From Candidatus Auribacterota bacterium (GTDB taxonomy: Bacteria > Auribacterota > UBA6266): 11,064 nucleotides of DNA. The stretch lies in assembly GCA_023136205.1 (NCBI GenBank), contig JAGLRQ010000002.1, forward strand, positions 1 through 11,064. The letters run 5' to 3'. The position numbers and the translations under genes are program-made. Each line of letters begins with the position of its first letter. The stretch's first letter is position 1. The notes beneath the pieces were generated by a model, which did not search any database, was not told the DNA's origin, and saw only the letters and a list, made by a program, of their open reading frames with translations. Positions 1 through 7,079 of this stretch are shown one piece after another.

Positions 1-53
1 GATTCTCCATATTTATACGATCTTAAGATTATGCCAGGGGTTTTAAAATTCAT
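1..53 (-). CDS. recO: DNA repair protein RecO, N-terminal fragment running off the window edge
   Basis: The minus strand reads ATG(53..51) MNFKTPGIILRSYKYGE..., close to the typical RecO N-terminus (B. subtilis MLTKCEGIVLRTNDYGE, from memory). An in-frame upstream ATG at 92..90 would add MLSFNPVEYFLDK. Neither start has a clear SD. The position downstream of the ybeY/dgkA cluster fits known synteny. Only about 17 residues are visible. Confidence 0.5.
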   Translation of the reverse strand, partial: MNFKTPGIILRSYKYGE

Positions 54-124
54 TTTATCTAAAAAATATTCGACAGGATTAAAAGATAACATACAAGTAA
101 AATCAAAAAGTATTTGCTCTGAAT

Positions 125-748
125 TTATTTTTTATCAATTTTCTTAATTTCAGAAGGCTCAATTGTCCCGCCTGAAACAACCAGCTTCAACCCATCTTCA
201 ACGGGTATAGAAAGAAATATAATATCCTTCTTTGGAACAAAAATATATACACCTGTTGTAGGGTTCGGCGTAGTTGTAATAAAAACACCCATCACCTCAT
301 TTTTAAGAACATCGCTTGTTCTGCTGGGAACGTGGGACGTAGTAAAACCAATCGACCATATCCCCTTTCTGGGATATTCCAGCAGAACCACGCCATTGAG
401 AATTGTTGCCCGGCTTTTCCAGATTGCTGATGATATTTGCTTGAAGAAATTATATATCCTGTTAAAAAGAGGGATCCTTGCCAGCAAACCTTCAACAGGC
501 CTGGCTATTTTTTTTAAAAAGACTATTTTACCTAACATCCCGATAAAAACCACAATGATAAAGGCAACAAGGAGGCTGGCAAGCCTTATTATTACAGGTT
601 TTATATTCTCCGGAAAATAGCTCTCCAAGGGGTTTATAAGAAAGTTTGTTACAACTATAAAAAGCCAATAAATAATCCCAACTGTTCCGATAATAGGCAG
701 CAATACTAAAAGCCCCGTAAAAAAATATGCCCTAATCTTCTTTAACAT
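125..748 (-). CDS. DUF502 family membrane protein
   Basis: 207 aa. The N-terminus MLKKIRAYFFTGLLVLLPIIGTVGIIYWLF plus a second hydrophobic helix and a soluble C-terminal part (GVFITTTPNPTTGVYIFVPK) match my memory of DUF502. ATG start with AGGAAG SD 5 nt upstream. The start overlaps the upstream CNNM gene by 17 nt. Confidence 0.8.
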   Translation of the reverse strand: MLKKIRAYFFTGLLVLLPIIGTVGIIYWLFIVVTNFLINPLESYFPENIKPVIIRLASLLVAFIIVVFIGMLGKIVFLKKIARPVEGLLARIPLFNRIYNFFKQISSAIWKSRATILNGVVLLEYPRKGIWSIGFTTSHVPSRTSDVLKNEVMGVFITTTPNPTTGVYIFVPKKDIIFLSIPVEDGLKLVVSGGTIEPSEIKKIDKK

Positions 749-2048
749 TTTTTTCTTCCTTTTTTACCCTTATAGTCAACTTAATACTCCTAACAGTTTT
801 ATCATCCGCCTTCAAAACATCAATAGTGAAATTCTCTATATTTATTTTGTCCCCTTGTTTAGGTATCTTTCCAAGGTACTCTATAATAAAACCGCCAACT
901 GTATCATAATCGTCACCTTCCAGCATCCTGACTTTACCATCTAAAAACTTATTTATCTCATCAATAGAAAGCCTGGCATCAAATATATACTCATTTTCAC
1001 CTATGGTTGTAATAAGATGCTCATCCACATCAAACTCATCCCGAATCTCGCCAACTATTTCCTCCAGTATATCTTCAAGGGTTACAAGCCCTGAAGTTCC
1101 TCCATATTCATCAAGAACAATTGCAATATGAATTTTCTTTCTCTGCATTTCTTTTAAGAGGGCTGATATCCTCTTTGTTTCGGGAACAAAAAAAGCTCCT
1201 CTTGTTATGTTGCTCGCTTTTAAAGATGTTTCCTTTTCAATTTCCCCGGCTTTTTCAACAATAAAATCCTTAGCGTAAAAAATCCCCTTAATATCGTCGA
1301 GGTTTTTTCTGTAAACAGGAATTTTGGAATAAAATGTTTTTCTTATTAAATTTTTTGTGGATTCAAGCGATTCATGTTCAGAAACAGCAATTATATCAAC
1401 TCTCGGCGTCATTATTTCCCTGACTATCGTATCCCCGAACTCAAATATCGAATGAATTAATTCTTTTTCCTGCTCAGGAATAACCCCTTCTTTTCCCCCA
1501 ACACTAACAATTGTTTTAATTTCCTCTTCGGTTATTTTTGTAGGGGGTACTTCATATTTGGAACCGATAATCCGCATAAATACACGCACTATCAAAAGAA
1601 ATATTTTATTAAACGGCGTAAGAATAAAAGAAATAACGATTAAATACGGCAAACATACAATAGACACTTTTTCAGCATGTTTTCTGGCAAAAGATTTCGG
1701 TACTATCTCGCCAAAGGTAAGAATCAAGAAAGTCACAAGGCCCCAGGATATCGCAACAGCTTTCCAGAAGGAGCCACCAGCCGGCAAAAGACGCTCTACA
1801 ACCAGCGCTCCGAGGGAAGCCGCGCCAATGTTGACAATGTTATTGCCAACAAGTAAAGATATCAGAAGTTTATCAGATTTTTTTACCCAGACATTAATTA
1901 CATTCGCTTTAGAGGCTTCCTTTTCAAGAAGCTGCTTGATTCTAAGTTTAGTCATCGATGTAAGAGCAGTTTCAACTCCAGAGAAAAACGCCGAGAGTAA
2001 AATCAGTATTGCCAGAATTATAATTTCTATTATTAGGGTTATATCCAT
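732..2048 (-). CDS. CNNM/CorB/TlyC-type hemolysin-family protein (DUF21 membrane domain, CBS pair, CorC_HlyC C-terminal domain); putative Mg2+/Co2+ efflux
   Basis: 438 aa. N-terminal DUF21-type start (MDITLIIEIIILAILILLSAFFSGVETALTS), a central CBS-pair region (VREIMTPRVDI...IPVY...IVLDEYGGTSGLVTLEDILEEIVGEI) and a C-terminal CorC_HlyC-like segment (GDDYDTVGGFIIEYLGKIPKQGD). Occupies the position of ybeX/corC in ybeZYX-type operons. Confidence 0.9.
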   Translation of the reverse strand: MDITLIIEIIILAILILLSAFFSGVETALTSMTKLRIKQLLEKEASKANVINVWVKKSDKLLISLLVGNNIVNIGAASLGALVVERLLPAGGSFWKAVAISWGLVTFLILTFGEIVPKSFARKHAEKVSIVCLPYLIVISFILTPFNKIFLLIVRVFMRIIGSKYEVPPTKITEEEIKTIVSVGGKEGVIPEQEKELIHSIFEFGDTIVREIMTPRVDIIAVSEHESLESTKNLIRKTFYSKIPVYRKNLDDIKGIFYAKDFIVEKAGEIEKETSLKASNITRGAFFVPETKRISALLKEMQRKKIHIAIVLDEYGGTSGLVTLEDILEEIVGEIRDEFDVDEHLITTIGENEYIFDARLSIDEINKFLDGKVRMLEGDDYDTVGGFIIEYLGKIPKQGDKINIENFTIDVLKADDKTVRSIKLTIRVKKEEKNVKED

Positions 2049-2053
2049 AACTT

Positions 2054-2755
2054 TTACATAAAAATCTGAAATAATACAATTGATAATAATATACCTAGTA
2101 CAGCACCAGCAACAACTTCAGGAATTGAATGAATTTTGCCAGCCACCCTGCTCTGCGCAACCATTAACGCCAGGAGAAACCCAATAGCTGTAAGCAGCCC
2201 CGAATGTGAAATAAAAATAATCGCCCCCCACATCGCAAAAGCAACAGCACTGTGAACACTGGGCATTCCCCCCAACAAAGGTTTACCTTTGTGTAAAATC
2301 AGCTTAATGATTATTGAAAAAGAAAGAGCAAGAATAAACACAAGAATGGTTATGTGGCTTGAAACGCCTTTTATATAATTAATCCCCATTTCAAGAGGAG
2401 TTTCAAGATGGTTCACAAAAATTATATACCCGACTATAGCGGCTATAGACGAAGCCAGTAAGACAGCGCCTGCGGAAATATCCTTAATTATTTTCGCAAT
2501 CGGATGGTATGTCTCGCTTACCATATCGGTAACCAGCTCTATACATGTATTAAATATCTCCGTAACAAGGACAAAAAATATCAGAATAACAATCAGCATA
2601 AAATCATGACTGTCAACCCCGAAATACAATCCCAGCAGAATTATAAATATGGCAAAAAGAAAGTGTATGCGAAAATTCCGCTGTGTACGCAGTATATAAG
2701 ACAACCCTTCAATTGCACAGTTAAAACTTTTTACTATCTTATTAGTAATCTCCAT
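2054..2755 (-). CDS. dgkA: Fusion protein: prokaryotic diacylglycerol/undecaprenol kinase (DgkA) domain plus C-terminal minimal PAP2-like lipid phosphatase module
   Basis: 233 aa. Residues 1-~118 carry DgkA hallmarks (FNCAIEGLSYILRTQRNFRIH; TEIFNTCIELVTDMV with the E/N/E/D set; AKIIKDISAGAV). Residues ~133-233 add four further hydrophobic helices with PAP2-like motifs K151-x6-KP159, P165-SVH168 and S202-R-x5-H209-x3-E213. The frame is continuous with no stop between the halves. Confidence 0.8.
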   Translation of the reverse strand: MEITNKIVKSFNCAIEGLSYILRTQRNFRIHFLFAIFIILLGLYFGVDSHDFMLIVILIFFVLVTEIFNTCIELVTDMVSETYHPIAKIIKDISAGAVLLASSIAAIVGYIIFVNHLETPLEMGINYIKGVSSHITILVFILALSFSIIIKLILHKGKPLLGGMPSVHSAVAFAMWGAIIFISHSGLLTAIGFLLALMVAQSRVAGKIHSIPEVVAGAVLGILLSIVLFQIFM

Positions 2756-3195
2756 CTTTGCTTATCCCACAATTCTATACAGATTTGTTCTTCTTTCTCA
2801 CGCATAACCAGCGCGGAACCAGTATCTATATCCTCGTAGCCCAATAAATGAAGGATGCCATGGATAAAGTATAGCATAAGTTCCCTGTCGACTTCATTTG
2901 CGAATTCCTCTGCTCTTAAAAAAGCCATCTCCACCGAAACAAGAACATCGCCGAGATAAGAGTTGTCTCCTTCTATTACCTCCCCTTCTTTCATGGAAAA
3001 AGAAAGCACATCAGTTACATTATCCCTGTTCATGTATTTTTCGTTATATTCTCTTATCGTTTTATTATCAACGAAAGATACAGAAAGAGAAGTGCCATCC
3101 GGAGTTTTCTCGTTTGTTAAAATAAATTCAACAATTTTACGAGCCGCCTCTAAATTAATTTTCTCCGTTTGAAGATTTTTTATCTCTACCTTCAT
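2734..3195 (-). CDS. ybeY: rRNA maturation endoribonuclease YbeY
   Basis: 153 aa, typical length and N-terminus (MKVEIKNLQ...). Metal-binding block HGILHLLGYED (canonical HGxLHLxGYDH). Sits between pgpH and dgkA as in Firmicutes-type operons. Overlaps pgpH by 41 nt and dgkA by 22 nt. Confidence 0.9.
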   Translation of the reverse strand: MKVEIKNLQTEKINLEAARKIVEFILTNEKTPDGTSLSVSFVDNKTIREYNEKYMNRDNVTDVLSFSMKEGEVIEGDNSYLGDVLVSVEMAFLRAEEFANEVDRELMLYFIHGILHLLGYEDIDTGSALVMREKEEQICIELWDKQRWRLLIR

Positions 3196-5380
3196 TTTTC
3201 GGATATTTTACTCTTGTATGAAACATACCGTTAAGAACCATAATAAACGCTTCTTTTATCTTGCCTATTTCCTGCATAGTCAAAGGACATTCATTTAATT
3301 GCCCATCTATCATTTTTTCATCAACTATCTCATCAACAAAATTTCTTATGCGCGCTGGAGTGGGTTTTTCAAGAGTTCTGGACGCAGCTTCAATGGCATC
3401 GGCTAATAAAACTATCGCCGCTTCCCGCGTTTGAGGTTTCGGGCCGGGATACCTGAAAGATTCCTCTTTAACATCTTCTTTTATAGAACTTTCATCTTGA
3501 GCTCTTTTGTAAAAGAAATATACAAGCCCAGTTCCGTGATGCTGTTGAATAATATCACATATGGTTTTGTTGAGCTTATATTTAACGGCCATTTCAAACC
3601 CGTCTTTAACATGATTTGTAATAATCAAGTGACTCATGCTCGGAATAAGCTTATCGTGCCTGCTTGTGGATTCATCCTCATTCTCAGAAAAATATTCCGC
3701 CTTCACAATTTTACCAATATCGTGAAAATAAGAACCAACCTTGCCAATAAGGGATTTTGCGCCAATTGCATCAGCTGCCGCTTCCGAAAGGTTCCCAACA
3801 ACAAGACTATGGTGATATGTTCCAGGTGCTTCAAGCATCATCTTTTTCAACAATGGATGATTAAGATCCGCCATTTCCAGGAGATGGATATCCGTCGTCA
3901 AGTTGAATCCTGTTTCAAGAAAAGGCAGGATCCCCATTACTATAAACGGGCTTGCCAAGCCGGAAACAAACCCCATTGCTACGCTTATAAAAATTTCCTG
4001 CGGAGCTCCACCGCTCAACGACTCAACCGCAAAGATTGAAAGAAAATAGGCAATCCCCGTAAAAAACCCGGCCCTGATCAGCCTTGAACGATACCTCACA
4101 CCAGCAGAAACATGTATCGCGACCATCCCGCCAACAATGCCGGTTATGGCAATTGACATATTATATTCAGCAATTATAGCCATTAAAAGGCTCATTACCA
4201 TTGTTGTAAATAGCGCTATTCTGGAATTTACAAGCATTGCCAGAGTAATTGAAACCACCGCTACCGGCAGAAGAAAAACAGACAACCCAAAATAAACAAT
4301 CATCTTATAGAAAAATACCGCTGTTACAAGCAGTATTTCAATCATAAAAAGAATCTTATTGCTTTTAAATATTTCCGGCTGGAAATGTTTAAGATACATT
4401 GCCGAGGCAAAAATTAATATAACAGTAATAAGAATACTGCCTATAATCTTAATATACCGCCCCTTCAGAAAATCTCTTGCTTTTCCCCTCCCATAATACG
4501 ATTTCAGCATTTCAATATGATGTTTGGTAACTATTTCCCCCTTACGAACAAGTAATGACCCCTTATCCATTTCCACCGCCGCAGGCTGCACTACTGCAAC
4601 AGCTTTTTCTCTTTCTTCCAGAGTTAACAATTTATTATAAGAAAGGTTCGGCGTAATACTTCCCGCAAGAATTTTAACAACAGCATCTTTTATTCTTTTT
4701 TCATCTGAAAAATACTTCTTAACAATTTCCCCCAGATGTGTAACAAGTGTTTCACTTACATAAACAAGCACTATATCCGTGTCTACAAAATCTTTGCCCG
4801 ATTTAATCCGTATCTTACCAGAATCATTTATCTTCTCGATTTTCAGCCGGTCACTCATGCTGATAACGCCAACATTATAGATATCAGTAATCGCCTTTGA
4901 TAAATTTTCTCCCAATGAGGCGGGGTTGTCTTTTCTGAAAAGTGCCCCAATATCTTCTTCTGATAGGGGAAAAACATCTCTGCCTTTCAATCTTGATGTT
5001 TTTTCTTCAAATGAATTTTCCTTTTCCTGTGAAATCTCATTAAAAATCCGGAAGAAGTTCAAAACCTTTTGCAAACTCTTATTTAAAACTGAATTATTTT
5101 CAACACATACAGGAGGAACCAGGTTTTTAGCATCTCTTTTCAAAGCATCAGTTTTCTGTCCATTAACATATCCAAAATCATACTCCGCGACAATATTTCT
5201 GTTGCTTATCTGCCCCTTTTTCACAGGGAGCCTGGCAAAAAAACTATTCCATACCATTATTAGAGAAAGAATAAAACAGGCAGAAAACCCAATAAGGATT
5301 TTTAACCCCTGTCCTTTTTCAAACAAATCGGGAATCTTTGTCTTCTTGTCTGCGATCTTTTTTGAATTAGAAGGGTTCAT
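3155..5380 (-). CDS. pgpH: 7TM receptor with intracellular HD hydrolase domain (PgpH/YqfF family, HDIG; family includes cyclic-di-AMP phosphodiesterases)
   Basis: 741 aa. N-terminal signal-anchor, a large extracytoplasmic domain, about 7 hydrophobic helices (roughly residues 310-500), then an HD domain (HHSLVVGNLSEAAA...GSYFHDIGK...IIQQHHGT). ATGA start/stop overlap with phoH. Confidence 0.9.
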   Translation of the reverse strand: MNPSNSKKIADKKTKIPDLFEKGQGLKILIGFSACFILSLIMVWNSFFARLPVKKGQISNRNIVAEYDFGYVNGQKTDALKRDAKNLVPPVCVENNSVLNKSLQKVLNFFRIFNEISQEKENSFEEKTSRLKGRDVFPLSEEDIGALFRKDNPASLGENLSKAITDIYNVGVISMSDRLKIEKINDSGKIRIKSGKDFVDTDIVLVYVSETLVTHLGEIVKKYFSDEKRIKDAVVKILAGSITPNLSYNKLLTLEEREKAVAVVQPAAVEMDKGSLLVRKGEIVTKHHIEMLKSYYGRGKARDFLKGRYIKIIGSILITVILIFASAMYLKHFQPEIFKSNKILFMIEILLVTAVFFYKMIVYFGLSVFLLPVAVVSITLAMLVNSRIALFTTMVMSLLMAIIAEYNMSIAITGIVGGMVAIHVSAGVRYRSRLIRAGFFTGIAYFLSIFAVESLSGGAPQEIFISVAMGFVSGLASPFIVMGILPFLETGFNLTTDIHLLEMADLNHPLLKKMMLEAPGTYHHSLVVGNLSEAAADAIGAKSLIGKVGSYFHDIGKIVKAEYFSENEDESTSRHDKLIPSMSHLIITNHVKDGFEMAVKYKLNKTICDIIQQHHGTGLVYFFYKRAQDESSIKEDVKEESFRYPGPKPQTREAAIVLLADAIEAASRTLEKPTPARIRNFVDEIVDEKMIDGQLNECPLTMQEIGKIKEAFIMVLNGMFHTRVKYPKNEGRDKKSSNGEN

Positions 5381-6348
5381 TTTGAATTTTCGGCTTTGTT
5401 CTTACTTTCACTATTAAGATAAGCCTTTATAACCTTTTGGACAAGCTCATGCCTCACAACATCTTCATCCGAAAAATACACAAAGGAAATGCCTTCTATT
5501 GATTTAAGTATATCCTGCACGTGTATTAACCCGGACATTTTGTCTGTGGAAAGATCTACCTGGGTTATATCTCCAGTTATAACAGCCTTGGAATCAAAAC
5601 CAAGCCTGGTCAGGAACATCTTCATCTGTTCCCTGGTACTATTTTGAGCTTCATCAAGTATTACAAATGAATCATTTAACGTCCTGCCTCTCATGAAGGC
5701 AAGCGGAGCAACCTCTATAATCCCTCTTTCAAGGCATTTTTGAATCCTGTCTATTTCCATCATATCGTAAAGGGCATCATATAACGGCCTCAAATACGGA
5801 GAAACTTTCTCATATACATCACCGGGAAGAAAACCAAGATTCTCTCCCGCCTCAACGGCAGGACGCGTTAAAATTATTCTACTTACTTCATTCTTTGAAA
5901 GAGCCGAAACAGCCATTGCCATCGCAAGATAAGTTTTGCCCGTACCTGCCGGCCCTATACAAAAAACAAGGTCATCCTTCAGGACAGAATCTATATATTG
6001 TTTCTGAACATATGTTTTCGGCCTTACATACTTTCTTCTCGAAGGAACCTCTATTTTAGTCGCAAAAATCTCCTTGAGATTCTGATCCTTGGATACTATA
6101 ACACTCAACGCAAATTTAATATCTTCAGATCTGATAACTTCACCTTCCCTGGCTGAATTGGTCAGATTAATAAAGAGCTTTTTCGTATTCTTCAAACCTT
6201 CCAGCGTACCTGAGACCTTCACAAAATTACTTCGGGCCGTAAGCTTTACATCAAAAGCTTTCTCTATTAAAATAAGATTTTTTTCGTCGTGAGCATAGAT
6301 TTCTCTTAACTCAGAAGGATTGTCAAACTGTATCGTTTCATTTTCCAT
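5377..6348 (-). CDS. phoH: PhoH-like ATPase (YbeZ family)
   Basis: 323 aa. Walker A GPAGTGKTYLAMAMAV, Walker B FVILDEAQN, plus the ITGDITQVDL motif typical of PhoH/YbeZ. First gene of the ybeY cluster. Weak SD AGGTG 7 nt upstream of the ATG. Confidence 0.92.
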   Translation of the reverse strand: MENETIQFDNPSELREIYAHDEKNLILIEKAFDVKLTARSNFVKVSGTLEGLKNTKKLFINLTNSAREGEVIRSEDIKFALSVIVSKDQNLKEIFATKIEVPSRRKYVRPKTYVQKQYIDSVLKDDLVFCIGPAGTGKTYLAMAMAVSALSKNEVSRIILTRPAVEAGENLGFLPGDVYEKVSPYLRPLYDALYDMMEIDRIQKCLERGIIEVAPLAFMRGRTLNDSFVILDEAQNSTREQMKMFLTRLGFDSKAVITGDITQVDLSTDKMSGLIHVQDILKSIEGISFVYFSDEDVVRHELVQKVIKAYLNSESKNKAENSK

Positions 6349-6357
6349 CTTTCAGCA

Positions 6358-6413
6358 CCTAAATAGAAAAATCCGAAATCTCAAATTCGAAATCCTAAAC
6401 AAAATCTAAAATC
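6358..6413 (-). repeat. Degenerate 7-nt (14-nt on doubling) tandem repeat in the phoH 5' leader
   Basis: Gene-sense reading: GATTTTA GATTTTG TTTAGGA TTTCGAA TTTGAGA TTTCGGA TTTTTCT ATTTAGG, ending in the SD. On the plus strand, 6371..6384 ATCCGAAATCTCAA and 6385..6398 ATTCGAAATCCTAA match at 11/14, followed by a weaker third unit. Confidence 0.55.
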
Positions 6414-6540
6414 AAATTTTCCAAGCTCAAAGCAATTTCGATACTTTCGACTTCGGTTTTCTTGTTATCTAAATTTTTTAACTCTCAGACATCAGATCCT
6501 ATTTTATATGAGCAATTCACTTCAGGTCATGTCAAGAACC

Positions 6541-6996
6541 CTAATCTCTTGGAATTACTAATTCCATACCAGGCTGTAAATCTTCCGGTTTATCCAACTT
6601 ATCCCGGTTAGCATTAAAAATCACCAGCCATTTTCGGGAATCACCGTAAGTCTCAGGGTTACCGGCAATCTTCCAGAGGGTATCTTTCTTCTGAACAACA
6701 TATACACTTACACTGCCATGGAAAGCTTCAACTTCGGTTTCAACTATATCAATTTCCTCGTAAATATCTACAAATTCTTCTGCCGGTTCTTCGTATACTG
6801 TCTCTTCAACTTTCGTGCCACCATAGTAATTTATATCTCTCTTGTGGCCTACTGTCCTTTTTCCTCCCTTTATTCCACCCACATAATTCTCGGCATCAAG
6901 CTCTCTGCTCTCATACCCTAATTCCAAGGATGCACAACCTGAAACAAAACAACTAACAACTAAAATAACAAAACTACCAATCTTAATTTTTTTCAC
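6541..6996 (-). CDS. LysM domain lipoprotein (YgaU/Kbp-like C-terminal LysM)
   Basis: 151 aa. Signal peptide with lipobox (FVILVVSCFVSGC|AS), an acidic linker (EEPAEEFVDIYEEIDIVETEVE), and a C-terminal LysM (YVVQKKDTLWKIAGNPETYGDSRKWLVIFNANRDKLDKPEDLQPGMELVIP). The start codon is GTG (6996..6994), preceded by a strong SD AAGGGGGTG with 5-nt spacing. Confidence 0.85.
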   Translation of the reverse strand: MKKIKIGSFVILVVSCFVSGCASLELGYESRELDAENYVGGIKGGKRTVGHKRDINYYGGTKVEETVYEEPAEEFVDIYEEIDIVETEVEAFHGSVSVYVVQKKDTLWKIAGNPETYGDSRKWLVIFNANRDKLDKPEDLQPGMELVIPRD

Positions 6997-7020
6997 CGAA
7001 ACACCCCCTTATCTGTAATA

Positions 7021-7049
7021 ATTGTATCAAGAACCCAGGAAGAGTTCCA
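7021..7049 (-). promoter_or_regulatory. Candidate sigma70-type promoter for the LysM gene (extended -10)
   Basis: Gene-sense TGaTACAAT (extended -10; hexamer 7026..7021), a 17-nt spacer, and a weak -35 TGGAAC (7049..7044). This would give a short leader ending at the strong SD. Pattern match only. Confidence 0.3.
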
Positions 7050-7079
7050 CAAATTTCCCCTATCAAAGCTTTTTAATTA

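Noticed and set aside
6503-6535. TTGACA (6535..6530) and TATAAA (6508..6503) as a phoH operon promoter
   Set aside because: The -35 is perfect, but the spacer to the only good -10 is 21 nt. Hexamers at 17-19 nt match the consensus at only 3/6. I left it as a possibility inside the leader finding rather than calling it a feature.
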